This document shows, piece after piece, positions 49,837 to 63,961 of a DNA stretch of 64,000 nt. The notes beneath the pieces were generated by a model. That model searched no databases, was not told the origin of the DNA, and saw only the letters and a program-made list of their open reading frames with translations. Each line of letters begins with the position of its first letter. Positions within the stretch are counted from its first letter, which is position 1. The position numbers were made by a program, and so were the translations under genes. The DNA comes from Podarcis filfolensis (lineage: Eukaryota): the NCBI GenBank assembly GCA_964270895.1, contig OZ185438.1, one strand, 5' to 3'.

Positions 49837-51589
49837 TTTTCGCGAGGCCTTGGAAATGCTGTATGAGCTTCCCTACCAAGTGCTCAATGATTTTCAGGAT
49901 GAACTGTGGAAGGGGTGCATTCCACATCACTAATCTTCATACACTCCACAGCACTCATGCCATAACAGCTATGTAAGACCCAATTCCTGTTGCAGTGCCA
50001 TGTAGCTTCAATATGTGTGCAAATACCGCATAACTGATATTCTCGCTTTTGACAAGGTGCTGATACAAGAGAAGAAATCCACATGTTTACACATATGTTC
50101 TCTGTAGTAACACACAAACCACAACTTCATGTGATGGTGAAATCAGGAAGTGGCTGCCCCACTTCTCCAGGTCTCACTCACTTGTAGCACCACAGACAAG
50201 TTGGAATGCTGGGTTTGAGAGACTACTGTCTTCAAAATCCATCAGCAAAGAGTAACTAGCTGTCCTTCCTTCAGCATGACCATAGCCTTATCAAGAAGGG
50301 ACATAGTGACTAAATAACGAGGAAAGGACAGAAGAATAAAAATAAATCACATTCCCTCCCTTACATATTCTGGATGCTTTAACTATGCTGCCCACTAGCC
50401 CACTAGGTTGCATACAAGCCTAATTTTATTCCTAATTCTATTGCTTGTGGGTGGTTGCAGCCATGAGCATATAACACAAACATTTCGCTTTCATCTCCAC
50501 CTGCTGATATGAAGGATGCTGCAAAGCAGAACATTGTATAGTCTTTGGTCACTCCTGATTCGGGTCCCGGCCACTTGTCAGTCACCCTTGGAATGAAAGA
50601 GCTAGCTAGTCCCCAGTAACAGTTGCTTTTCCCATGAGCTATGGTATTTGTGTTACTATCTCTATTCTCATCACTCTGTGCGCAACTGCACTCTGCAGAC
50701 GGTTCTCCTTTGTTGGGCATTTTTCAAGCAGGTTAATAGTGCTGGTGTTTCAGTGTACAAAGCCATCCTTCTTTAGCTGACAACTTTCCTACCACTGAAC
50801 ATTCCACAGTATTTAGAGAGGGAAGGCGAGAAAATCTATACAAACAATGTTGGGTCTTCTATTCGGTATGCTTGACAATGATAAACTCTGTTCAAGGTGT
50901 TTTGTGAGAAAAGCACATAAGCCTGCCTTTTATCCAGTTATGCACCCATTACTGCAAGAGCAGACCGTGTTTGTTTCATGCTACATGGATTTCCCGCAGT
51001 TTGTCTATGGATACATTTGTGCTCTTGAGTTTAACGTGTATGATAACTCTAATTAAAACAAGAGTACAAAACACTAAGAGTCAAGTCAGAAATTGCAACA
51101 AAGCCATAGCTATTATGCTGCCTTAACCATGGTTTGGTTTGACAGCTGATCTGAACCTCAAGTGCCACAGAAACTATTTCTGCAAATAAGACTTCTTGAA
51201 GCTAATTCCCCCAAAGGCCTGTGAAAGTTTTCCACTCCCCCCCCTTTCTCAGTGAAGCCTGTCGTTTTTGATGATAGCCATCATAAAATTATGATTATCA
51301 TCTTAATTTTTGTCCTGGAACTAACTAATTGCTTTGCATTCCCCCCTGAATTAATTAGCATTTATAATGACCCTGGGAAAAGTGGGGGTGAAGCACTAGG
51401 AAGTGGAGTAGTTTGTTCTAGGTTAGTAAAAAAAAAGAATAAAGTTGTCTACTTTCAGTATAAGAAAGTATTATAATTTCTGTTTCTCTGTCCATACTTT
51501 CTGTATTTCTCATTTCATTCATATAGGTAGCACCATATCTTAATGAAGTATTTGTATTTGCCTTCTATTATGTTTTTTAAAAACTATTT

Positions 51590-51860
51590 TTCACCTTGGG
51601 TTGGCCACTGTGAGAAGAGGATGTTGGAATAGAGGGCCTTTGGTCTTCTCAGGCTTTTCCTGACCCATAGAGGTAGACCTTGTTTTATGTGCTTGAGTCT
51701 TTTGAATTTCTCTTTCATCTTTTATACTGCTTTTTTGTTTTATGTTGTGTTTTTGTTTTAAGGTTTTGATGATACATTGTTTCGTTTTTTTAGACTGCAC
51801 ACCTCTTTGAGATTTTTGAAATATCAAACAGTTTATACATGCTTGTAAATAATAAAAATA
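51590..51860 (+). mobile_element. Decayed L2-like 3' fragment
   Basis: T-rich UTR, ctgcacacctctttgaga tail motif and an A-rich end. Confidence 0.4.
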
Positions 51861-54800
51861 CTTAAAAAGTCTAGCAAGGTTCTTTCTTATGTTCTTAAGT
51901 TTATTTTCTTTATATTTAACTTAGTTTTGTACGTTGGTGCTACTGCTGTGGTGGTGATGATGCACTTAAACTCACTAGTAATTGTACAAATGATCAGGAA
52001 AGGATGCAGCACAACTACATGCATGCCAGCATAAAACCAAAATATGGCATTACTATGTACTACATCTACCAGGTCCATATAAAACATCGTTATATGAGAT
52101 AGGACTAAAGGATAATCACCTACGGTATGTTCTGTATTCTTTAAAAAGAAAAGTTGCACGATTGCTACAGTTGTTTTATGAACAGGAAGGTTTAGCAGCA
52201 GAGAGTCATAAAGTTTCAGAAGCAAATAAGGTACTTTGAAGAATTTACCACATTTGCAGATTATATAAATCTTATGGGATAAGATAGTTTTGATCAAGTG
52301 GCATGTTGAAACTCCTTTCCCTGTTTACAGGCAGAAAAAATTGGGAGCCCATTTCGCCAATTTTTTACACGGGGCAAAGGAATCCTCCCAATAGTTTCTT
52401 GGACGTGTAACTTTGTGCTTAGGAACCAAACACTTATTTGCATTTATGCAGGCGGGAGTATTAATTATCTATGAGAATAGAGCTTTTGACAGCTGCAAAG
52501 TAGATAGGGTATAGGCCAATGAGCTGAAATGCCGGCTTTGGAAAGGCAAGCAGAAGAGGAACAGATAATGGTCTTGTAGACAGTGTTGGTTAACTCTACC
52601 ACCACCAGACCTTAAAACTGAATTCACATACATTGTTGATAACACCGTTTGTAGAATGTTTTTTTCCTTTCCAATAATACGTGTGGAAGCTGTGGTATTA
52701 TTTCTTCCCCCTCAAAATTTCAGAGCATTCATGAGTTCTAAGAGTACATAAAAATACTTAACCAATGCAATCTATTCAGTCAATAATTAGAATTGTGAAA
52801 CCCTTCCCACCATTATGTACATATTTACCCTGATGAACCATTCCATTCTAAAGAGTCAATAAATCTTTTGTTCAAAATATACTCCAGTGTGTATGTGAAT
52901 ATAATCCACCAATTAAAAAGTCCATAAATAGGTATTTGTACAATAGATTGTAATGGCTCCAAAGGGAGTAATTTGGCTTTCAAAGTCAACTCCTGTCCGC
53001 TTGAATGAGTGTTTTAATTTCTTACATGTGCAGTCACATGCACACAAACCATATTTGAATAGCTAAATTGGCATTACTATCAGCAAGGACATATACAGTT
53101 AGAATTGACATTTTATTAGAAGCTGTACATGATAAGGAATCCATGTTCTCATCTTGTCTCGTATATCAAAAATTATTTATTCAGGTCTTGCAAGGATAGC
53201 AAGGAGTTGGAGAAGGAAGGGCATATTTTACTGCAAAATTCAAAGTATTTCCATATTACAAAATCCATCAATTCTGGCCTAGAATTTTGTAAGCTTTCAC
53301 ATTAAAATTTACCTTTTTCTTCCCCAGCTTTGAATGTGTGTAAAATATTATGCATCAGCTAACAAGAAGCAGATTTGACTATTTCCAGAATGTACCATGT
53401 TTACATGTGTTCATTCATAAGTCCGTTCCATCCTGTGTCTGCATCATTCCCCCTTGCCACAAATTTGCATTTTAGGTATGCATGTTACCATAAAATGCAC
53501 ATTTTTTTGTATTCATTTGATCCTAAAATACACTTTTTGGTACACATTTTATCCTATAATGCTTTTTTGAGCTGAGAACTGTACTTCAAAATTATGAGAT
53601 GAGTGAAAAGCAAAGGATAACTGCATTCTGACCTGGGTGTTAGTCTGGGAAGTATAAAATAAGCCAGTTTGCATTAAAATGCAGAAGAAACAAAACCCTT
53701 CAACTACAACTACCATATAGAAGATGGATTAAATTTCTGAAGCACACCTCCCCCTACCTTAAAATTCAGTAGGACAATTTTTGCTAGCTGAAAATCTAGG
53801 CAATTGTCTTTACAAATGAAGGCAATCAATATCTACACTAAGCTTATCTCTTTCAGTTTACAGATTATACATTTTGAATTATAAAAAGAGCAGCATACAG
53901 ATGTTTCTATCTTTATTTCGATTATTGATGACACAGGCTTTCTTATCTGCTCCTGCAAATGTGCATTGTTACCCATTAGTTTTAGATTCTATTGAAATTC
54001 ATCAAATTAGGAGGGGATAATTAAAAGGATCATGGATGTGTATCAAAATATAATTGTATATTTTCACAGTTAAGAAATTGTACAGCACGACAGCTAGTCA
54101 TTCTTGCTAGGTAGGACAAGGACACAGGGTGAAAATTGAAAGTTGAGGAAAATACTATGAATATCATACTAATAACAGTGTATGTACCTGCCTGCTGTTC
54201 TTCTGGCTCCCCACAGACACTGTGAGTTTATGCTTCTTTTTGTTTCAGTTACTATAACCTTGGGGGGAAATTACATCCCTTTTTCAACATATGAATATTT
54301 TGTTTTAATGTTTGACTTTCTTAGAAGAAAACCAGGTACTAGTAGGACATAATTAAAGTAGCCATGAATTTTATAGACTAGCAATCAGTTATTTCTGCAT
54401 CTTCTTGAACAGAAATTGACCAAAATTGGTACTAAAATTATTTACACTATGGTGCCATCCACCAATTTTCAAGTAATTACATCCACTACAAAACCTAAAT
54501 ATATCTTTGAAAGGAAAGGCAGAAACATCAGGCATGTGAGGTCTCACATTTGTAAACGGAACTGCTTTCCTAGGATCACAGGTACTTCCATATGTCTAAT
54601 GGTAGAGAAGAATGACCACCATATCTAAACCACATCTGGGTTGAAGGCTGGTGACCTTTCTTATCAAGATAAAGGCAGCTTGGGGCATGAGGAGCTTTTC
54701 AAGAGCTCGGAATACTACAAAAATCTATGCAAAGAGCTACCATCTCCCCTCATCCCTTTCTCTCCTTCACCACTCTTCCAGTATTTTTGTTGTGCTCTTT

Positions 54801-54978
54801 CCTTTGCCCTTCTGTGTGTGTAATCTGCAATATTGCAAAAAATGTCATTACCCCATACACATAATGGGGCCCCACAGCTCTGCAGTGGAGGATCTTTTGC
54901 CTGTGATACACCAGGAAATGTCTTCTGAAGCCCCTGGTATATGCCCTGGGAGAAGTATCATTGACAGTAAAGAATATA

Positions 54979-55220
54979 CAGTGGTACCTCAAGTTAAGAA
55001 CTTAATTCGTTCTGGAAGTCCGTTCTTAACCCGAAACTGTTCTTAACCTGAGGTATCACTTTAGCTAATGGGACCTCCTGCTGCTGTTGTGCTGCCACTG
55101 CACGATTTCTGTTCTCATCCTGATGTAAAGTTCTTAACCTGAGGTACTATTTCTGGGTTAGCAGAGTCTGTAACCTGAAGCGTCTGTAACCTGAAGCGTC
55201 TGTAACCCGAGGTACCACTG
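54979..55220 (+). mobile_element. Tc1/mariner (Tigger-like) MITE, copy 2
   Basis: Same TIRs and TA TSD as the copy at 46468; 242 bp, with one extra 16-bp subterminal unit. Confidence 0.92.
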
Positions 55221-57557
55221 TATATGCCATCTCAAGTGTCATACAGCTGAAATATACTAATTTGTTCTGATTTATGAACTTGAACTCTCCTCTTCTGAAG
55301 TTACATTCTTCCTGTTGTGCTAGTTTTGATCTCTACAGACTGATGTTCATATTTGGATACACTAGTTTTATTTTGGGAAGTACAGAGGCTCAATCTTAGC
55401 TCAGGTAAGGTTCCTTGATCCTGTCTCCTTTGACCGATACTGTATTGCGAGCCTGTTTCAAAACCATTAAAAATCAGTTAAGAAGTCTCCATATGTTTGA
55501 AAGATTTTCTGAGTCTGTCTGACTTAGGCTGAAAAGAAAATCAAAATCTCTGAATTCTTGAGGGAGTGACTGAAATAAATAATGGCCAATAATTTGTGTC
55601 AAAAATTGTTGTTAAACCTGATGACACACAATATTGTGTCAAATTATATGTGCAAAGATAGACTTATTATTATGAACTTCCTTATTTCTTATATATCTTT
55701 TCAGTAACTGAATAAAACACCAAGGAAGAGATACAAAAAGGGTGGCCTTCAAAGACCTGTGCCTGACACACAGTGAAATGAATGTGACTTTACTGGAAAA
55801 GTGGTATTGCGTTGTCAGGCTGAACAGCTTGCATTTTCATGGCAATATTAACACTCTTTGTGAACTTGCCCTCTCATCCAGCTAGGCAGGGAGTGCTTAA
55901 GGTGTCACGTCTGTCAAGTTAGGTTTGGCTGTCCATTTTAATGAATAGGTGTTCAGAAATCCCATGGGTCAAGTTTAGAATGTGCAATGGTTGTTGTATG
56001 GCTTTACATTTGAAAGATAGGATCTAGAGCATTCACGTGAGGCATACCAAAAACGCACTGCAGAGAGCAGCTGTCTCTAGGGCTCTAAGACATGAATTTA
56101 GAATAAAAACAGCTGCAAATAGTACATACCTCAAAAACAAATGTTTGTACAGAACAGGATGATTTGACACAGTCAGCAGCCCTGCAGCCATCTAACCCTG
56201 AGTTACACAGTCACTGAAACTTTCAGTATTACTATGTGGTTACAATGAAGTTGCGGCTGTGTGAAATGGGATAGCAATTTAACTTGAACTCAAAGAACTG
56301 CCATGCAGAGGAAAGCATTGCAGACCCACCTTCATCTCTGCCACAACTGTTGCCACATAGTACTTATTCAGGACCAACTGTTTACCAGACTCAAGTTGAC
56401 AATAATAGTGATGTATCAGAAGCACTAGACTACATACAGCAGGCTCTGTATGGTTGGAATGTGATCATTTTAGAATGTGAGTGAATATTACCAGTAAGAT
56501 CAAAATTCATGATAAATTCCATTGATAGAAATTATTGAAAAATTCATCTTTATGATGATTTTGCAAGGAGAACCTAAGGTTCACATTTCTGTGAGATTCT
56601 AGGTCTACAAAAATAAATACAGATAGTACTTAAAGGTTCAGGAGCTGAAATATTACAGGGTGAATAATCAAATTAGAAAGGCATGGATATTGCCATACTT
56701 GCAAATTTATTCAGTTTAACCTCATATACTGCTCTGCTTCCTTATTACCACTACTTCCTCTAACAGAGTTACTACAAACCAGAAAGACTTCTGTCAAATA
56801 ACAGTGGCCTTTCTAAAGCTCAACAAAATGCACAGCACATCCTGTATTCATCTTGCTGCAAGATTAGATGGCAGGCATGAAAGTGGGTAAAACATAATCT
56901 TTATTTATTGGTGCCAAACTTCCGTTTTTAAAACTTGGTGACATGAACTGTAAGATATTCATGAAAAACTGAAGTGCTGTAAAGTTTAAGATATGCCAAG
57001 GATGTTTGAGGTAGAAACGGAAGGGAAATTAAGAATAAAAAAATGATTCTGAATTGATGGATTTTTCTGCAGGTCAGGGTCTGTGAACGTTCATCTACAT
57101 GATCAGTTAGGTTCCTAAAATTCATCACTCTACACAGCTCTTGCCTTGTGTTGTAAATAACTACTTACTTCGAAAGGACCTAGGGGAGGGGAAGAGAGGG
57201 GATGGTGTTTGCTTCTTTTAATAAGAATCCCTTATTCCCCTAAAGTACTTGAAGCAATTTTATTTTTCATACAGTTATGAGTTTGGGTGCCAGACCCCTC
57301 TAATTAATCCCTGGAACCAACAAGTGTTAATAGCTAATTAAACCAGGCAAGCTTCCTGTGAGTTGTTTGCCTGGGTGATCGGTCATTAAAGAAACAAAGG
57401 AATAAGGAACTCATGTGAGATGAAAAATGGGTGGGGTATTCCCTCAACAGATAATACCAGAGGGTGTGTATGTGTGTGTGCGTGCGTGCGTGCGCGTCCC
57501 TTCTAATACAGCATCATGTTCTTACAGTGGCCAGTCAGTGTAAAAAGATTACTGAAT

Positions 57558-57795
57558 TAGTGGTTAAGAGTGGTGGACTCATAATCTGGTGAACCGGGTT
57601 CGCGTCTGAACTCCTCCACATGCAGCTGCTGGGTGACCTTGGGCCAGTCATACTTCTCTGAAGTCTCTCAGCCTCGCTCACCTCTCAGAGTGTTTGTTGT
57701 GGGGGAGGAAGGGAAAGGAGAATGTTAGCCGCTTTGAGACTCCTTAGGGTAGTGATAAAGCGGGATATCAAATCCAAACTCTTCTTCTTCTTCTT
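57558..57795 (+). mobile_element. MIR/Ther1-related SINE (Squam3-like) with L2-type tail
   Basis: tRNA-like head (tagtggttaagag...ccgggttcg), CORE-like gggtgaccttgggccagtca, L2 tail gccgctttgagactcc...aagcgggatat, and a (CTT)n end. Confidence 0.8.
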
Positions 57796-58696
57796 GTGGC
57801 CTCTTCCAATGCTACAATTCTATAAGTTGGACATGAACAGAAGAGCACTCTCCCCCTGTGGGCTCCAGCAACTGGCACTCAGAAGCATGGCTGCCTCCGA
57901 ACTTGAGGTGGAGCATAGACATTATGGCAAGTAGGAATGGCTTGGCTTGGCCTGGTCAAAATGGCCTGGTGAACCAAGTAGAGAGGCCTGACTGGCCTCA
58001 TTAGTTCTGCAGGCTGGATTCACAAACTCTATCACTGTCTTTTCCTGCACAACCCTGCCCAAATTGTGGCCAACCTGAGCTTATTTATACTTCAGCATTG
58101 CTTGTCAGCAGATGGTGCTATGCAGAGTAGGTGTGAAAACTCACAAGGCCAAATTCCTACTTGAGCATGAAGCAACCAGCTAACCTACACTGCATCATGG
58201 GGCAGTGCAAAAGTTGGAGAGGCCAGGCCAGGGGACAGCACATGCTCTTACAGCACTTCAAACTCCATTGCTTTGACCACATCAGCATTAATACACAGAT
58301 GCATTCTGTGCTGACATGCCTTCCCTTACTTCTGCTACCCACCACAAGTTCAATGCTGCCTGCAACCTGGGGATCATCGTTGATTTAGTTTGAATATGGA
58401 TAATACTCAGCCTGAAACATGAAGGATACTTTGCTTTTAAATGATGAACTTTTAAGTCATAGCAGCAGCATCTTAGAAGAGGCATCTTCTCCTATGTGAA
58501 ACAATACGATACTTATTATTATAGTGCTTGCCATTCAGATTTTTAAAAACTACTTGTATTCATATTTTTATTATTAAAAAATAATCATGGACACATTTAG
58601 TCAATAAAAAGTGTTTTTTGTTTTGTTTAGTCAATCTAACAATTAAACCAATTAAAATTTGCACCCCTGATTAAGTCTTGATGAATGGCTGGTCAT

Positions 58697-58952
58697 GTTT
58701 GAAAGCATACCACTGCAAGTAGATAAATAGGTACTGCTGTGGTGGGAAGGTAAATGGGATTTCTGTGCACTCTGGCACTCATCACAGTGTCCCATTGTGC
58801 CAGAAATGGTTTAGTCAGGCTGGCCACATGACCAGGAAAGCTGTCTGTAGACAAACATTGGCTCCCTCGGCCTAAAGCGAGATGAGCGTCGCACCCCATA
58901 GTCAAGTTTGACTGGACTTAACCTTCCAGGGGTCCTTTAACTTTACCTTTAC
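58697..58952 (+). mobile_element. Sauria SINE, 5'-truncated
   Basis: tgcaagtagataaataggtac...ggccacatgacc...ggggtcctttaactttacctttacc. Confidence 0.9.
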
Positions 58953-60794
58953 CATGCTGGGCAGTGGAATGGATAGCATTTTGCTCACTGTCCATTCTAT
59001 ATGATTCCAGATATATTATCAAAGTCAGTTTAGAACTTTAAGGGCAGACTTTTCTGTGCTACACTAGATCCAGGTCCCAGCCACCAGCTATATTACATTA
59101 TGTAGACTGATGTGTTGGGTCCTTTAGAATTAATGAGAATTTTATTACTTACTTGAGAGTTGGACCTTTGATAATCTAGAAGCTATGCCACCCTTATTTT
59201 TTAATATTGCTTGACTCACAGAGCATGCATATTGAACTGCCTGTCAGGAGGGAGCCAAACGCTCATCCGGCATGAATAAATATATATGGTGTCTGTCTGA
59301 ATCACACCATAACTTAACAAGGCATAGGATAATAATGGGATTTTTGAATATACAGGAAAATGTTGAGTTTTCACAGAGAAATGTATTTGACATGTACTGT
59401 ATTTTTCCATGTATAAGACAATGTTTTTCACTTAAAAATTAGGCAAAAATTGGGGGTCGTTTTATACACAGCTAGTCAATGCAGAGGGTGGTGGGCAGGT
59501 GGTTGGTTGGCCAGCAGTGGCAATCTTTGAATACAGCTTGTCTCTTCAAGGTTGGAGAGCAATACCCAGTACTTACTATGTCTCCATGGTATACTGTCCC
59601 ACTAAAAACTGCATTTCAACATTTGCAAAAGTGCAAAGTTTGGTGGGTAGCTAAGTGCTAATCCAGTATTAGTCCAAGAGGTACAGATTAGGTCACTTCA
59701 GATAGGAATTCACAGAGATCAAATGCCTCACCCATTTGTCTACAACCTGATCCCTTTTTGTGGAGCAGGAAGAGCAGGAAGGGGATCAGATGATTAACTT
59801 TCATTCTAACACAGCAAAATGGAAACTGAGTTCCTGCCAGACTACACTTCTATGTTTTTACTGCCATTATCCTCTTCATTTTATATTCTTTTTCTCAGCT
59901 TCATTACATTTTCTCCTTAAATTTCTTATGGCAAATTCTACTCCATTTATTCTTACATTTTCTACCTGCATTTTCCTTCCACATGCATTTACCTCAGATT
60001 ATCCATCTCCACTATACTGCTTCCTCCCCAATTTAAACTCACACATTTCTATTTAGGTTTATGATGGCCATCTAGCAGCATTAAAATCAATGGAAATTTT
60101 GCCACTGGCTTCAGTGGGAACTGGATTGTATCCTATGTGTGTGTGTTTGTGCGTGCTTCTTTTTGTGATAGATTGCAGTGAGTTCCTTTTAGTATCCCTG
60201 AAAGGCATTGCTGCTAACCTTTTTCTTTTCTGTTTAGAACTCTGAATTGCCAATTTTCCGCTTTTAGATATCATTCAGGGTTTTTTTTCAAAGTCTTAAA
60301 AGTGGGGGTCTACACTGCAGTGATTCAGAAACCTATGTAGAGAAAATCATAGCTATTTCAGAGAGAAATGGCAAGCTAACAGTTTGCACCTTCAGGCACC
60401 GCTAAACCTATACAGTCCTTCATGAGTTTATACTTGCTTATACATTTCACATTGTGTAACATTAAGTAATTAACTACATTCATGCAGTTATTTGTGTACA
60501 CCAAATATAAAAAGTCTAAATGTGCTATTTCTTACAAATTCCTGGTATAGTTCATTAATGCTTCTGATAATTTAAATATTTTAAAATACTTATTCTTAAC
60601 TTATCAACAATTTTAATGCTTTATTATAAATTTTTGACTACCACTTATATGGTTTTAACAACATCATATGCATCATATAATTAAATAAATAAAATTTGCA
60701 TCATATAATTAAATAAATATACCGTCATTTAGGGCATGGTTCGGATATTGCCAGAATATGAAATGCATTTCTCCCAAGGAAATCAAAAGGGGCA

Positions 60795-60936
60795 GGTTCA
60801 TTCCCCAGTATCTCCCAGTAGGGCTAGGAGAGAACCCTGTCTAAAATCCTGAAGAGCCAGCGCCAGTCACTGTAGACATTGCTGACATGGATGGACCAGT
60901 GGTTCTACTCAGTACAAGACAGCTTCCTATGTTCTA
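60795..60936 (+). mobile_element. 3' part of the tRNA-derived SINE family seen at 46.0 kb
   Basis: cctgaagagccagcgccagtcactgtagac...gatggacc...cagcttcctatgttct. Confidence 0.7.
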
Positions 60937-61449
60937 AATATGGGAGCCAGGAGCAGAGCCAGATGAGTAGTCCTTCCCACACACTGATGTGATCCTCCCT
61001 GAGTGTCTGCACATACAGCACAAGCATGAGACTTCCAGACTCTGAGAAAACCTTTGCACATACACCTATATGTGCAAAGCACCCCTTTCTACAGAGGTCT
61101 AACATATACATGCAGACATATGGGGAAATGCACGTAATGCCATGCATACACCTGAGAAGAAGCACAACCCCTCTCTTTGCTCCCAGATACACAAACATTG
61201 TTTTCTAGGATGTTTTAACCATGTGGGACTGGCTTCCTAGATGAGGTATTCATTTTTATTTATAATATTTAAGAGTGATGTATAAAAATGTGATGACCCA
61301 TAAGTGGGTGACAGTTTTACAACTCTTCTTTGTAGCAACAGGCTTCTCCCAGAAGTTGCAGACATGTGTGTGGTGGATGGAAGTACTGATGGAATGTGTA
61401 AAAATCAGGGGAGTGGAATATGTGCATAAGAACTGGCTGGGTAATAAAC

Positions 61450-61451
<2 letters not shown>

Positions 61452-61487
<36 letters not shown>
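61452..61487. repeat. (GT)18 microsatellite
   Basis: Directly visible perfect dinucleotide run. Confidence 0.98.
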
Positions 61488-61489
<2 letters not shown>

Positions 61490-63179
61490 TAGGTTTGTTA
61501 AGTGTACAGAAGATAACTTTACAAAGAGGGTGCAAGATCTCAAAATCTACTGCTGTGTGTCCAGTCTATGATCAAAAGTTTTTTAAAAAATTAAGCTGTG
61601 CATGCATTGTAGGATTGCAATGCAATGCACATTGTAGATCCATGGAGCTGTTAGTCTTTGTGCCCTATTCATTCTTTATGTAAGTCCGTCATACCTGCAG
61701 AAAACAGAGAGCAAAGACTTGCTAAGAGTAGACTTTTTTGTGTGGAATAAGCTGTTGCTCCTGGAAATAAGTCTGTAACTGAGCCTGACCACGTTTAGAG
61801 TTTTGTCAGATAGATCTTTTGATCATTGCTCTAATCCAGCCCTATCTCTTACTTCACTATCTAAAGCCCTGCATTTATCATACTGACTATGTTGTATCTA
61901 TTTCTGTCTTTCAAAGTTGTGCAGGCAAGGGCCATGTAGCATTTCTTCTTCCCTGCACCAAGAAGTGCTATTGCTCTCAATATCGTCCTGTAAAATATTT
62001 CTATGGTATGTTGATTATAAATGTTAGTGACTGAATAATAACTATGGCTAAAACTTTTACACTGCTATACTAGCGGTTTGTTGCATAGGATACCCTCTCC
62101 GTGAAACAAGGAAGCCTGAAATATTTCTAGCTCCCCCTGAGGTTTTCTTCCTGTCTCTGCTAGGTGTAATGATTTTTATAGTGCTACGGCCATGTGGATT
62201 TAAAGGAAAATGCTGTTACTAAACCTGCTATTTATTTCGATTTCTCATTTTGGGATTGTACCTTCATGGAGAGAATTTAAAATGTCAAAACTCCCAAGGG
62301 TATGAAAGACAAACCTAAGGGTATTGCAAGTATCAGGAATTTACGTGTAGTTTTTCTAGTATTATTAGGAGACAATACCTTTGCTTTCCCCGTTGTCTGG
62401 GGCTTAATCATTCTGCACTGTCTTTGGACCAGTTGAAGAAAATACTTAGAGATACAGATAGATGGATAAATGGATGCATACTTTTCAGCTTAAATTTGAT
62501 TTAAATAATCTCCCCTTTAAACGTACATCCACTTTGTTATGTATGAGGATTGTTAATTGTTGAATTTGACAGTGGGTGATGTTCAGTGCTAGTTTAACTC
62601 AGAGTGGACTCATTGAAATCATTGGACTGAAGTAACTTGAGTCTGTTGATTTTAATAGGTCTATTCTGACTATGATTTAGTTGGATATCACCCAGTGTTT
62701 CCTTACAGAAGAGTGTGTGTATTCTTAGGCACTGTTTAGAAGTAACGAATGAATCTTATTCCATTTGCTTTGTTTCGGTTTTTCTGCTGGTGCTCATTTT
62801 TATACAGGAATAGTCAGGAACGGCCCATCCCATTTTGCTCCCTGAGGTGAAATGTGCATGTGTTCTTGTTTGCAGGAATCAAATTTAAGCAGAACCCCTG
62901 AGAAAGAATATTAAAATGAAAAAGAAGATTAAAATATAATTATTTTAATTGACTGTTCAGCAGTTGGGAAGCAGATTTCTTCAATATGTAATGAAGGCAT
63001 AGCAGTAAACAAAAATATGTAGATATTCAACAGAAGTTCAGCAAAAGTCAATCTGTGTCCTTCTTTTTCTCCCATATAGAGCATTCCTGGACCATGCACA
63101 GCAGCTGCCTGTGGATAAAATAAGTGCAATGCAATGAAATACATTTTTGTGCATGAAGATCCCCAAAACCACCCCCAAA

Positions 63180-63961
63180 TGAAGACACAATAGACACAGA
63201 TTTTAGTTTAAGGTTTTTGGTATTAAATTTTGGCAACAACTTTATTGATTACAGCATGTGAGTGGTTGCTTAGGCATTGGTTCCAGACTACCTGAACCTA
63301 CACGGTGGCAGGAACAGGACTAACACTGGGCACCACCATATGTCAGTAAGGGAAAGCAACCTGGGGGAGCGAGAACTCCTTCAATCTCACAGTTCACCCT
63401 AGATGCTCCCAGGGGCTCTGGTGTGGCCCTAGCCCCTTGACAGGGTTCAGACAAAAGCAAGGCGAGCCCCTGGATTCCTTTAACATAATTCCCTAGCAGC
63501 AGCAATGGAGGGGCAGGCACAGCCAACCACGTCCCCTCCCCAAAACATTGAACCAAATGCCTAACTGCCAACCTTACAAAGTTGTGGCGATTTGTTACAC
63601 AGTGGCACCAGCCAAATGGCAAAATTCCTAACAGGCCCCTGCTCCAAAACAAAGAACCCCTTGACAGGCATAGCAAGGCCATAAGAACAACCCTAAATAT
63701 AGGGAGAGGAGAGCGGGTGATCCGCTGCACGTCACAAGATTGTGAAACTCTCCAGTGACGTGCAGCAGATTAAGTAGCCCCTCAGCAGCCAATAGCCAAC
63801 CCAACTGACCAAATTTCTGCCCCAGCAACAGAGGGGCAACCAATGGAGTGTTGTGGCCATCCAAACGGTCCCGCCCCACAACAGTGAGGCAGTTTCTGGT
63901 GATCTCACCGCAACATGTGCCCTCCATGATGGAGGACCCAACTTGTGTAACTCTGTCTTCA
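63180..63961 (-). mobile_element. Solo LTR (LTR retrotransposon or ERV), 782 bp
   Basis: 8-bp inverted termini TGAAGACA...TGTCTTCA. On the minus strand the order is CCAAT/GC-box motifs, TATATTTA (63694-63701), then AATAAA (63241-63246). The 5-bp flanks ccaaa / ctgaa are compatible with a decayed TSD. Confidence 0.7.

Noticed and set aside
51887-52297. 136-aa minus ORF and an approximately 78-codon plus frame ending at AAG|gtactt
   Set aside because: There is no polypyrimidine acceptor, composition is low-complexity and AT-rich, and no domain is recognisable.
56284-56484. 66-aa ORF ending at a gtgagt donor
   Set aside because: No credible acceptor or homology; within chance expectation for 64 kb.
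61256-61683. ORFs with HTHTHT, CVCVCV or THTH tracts
   Set aside because: They are translations of the (GT)18 microsatellite.
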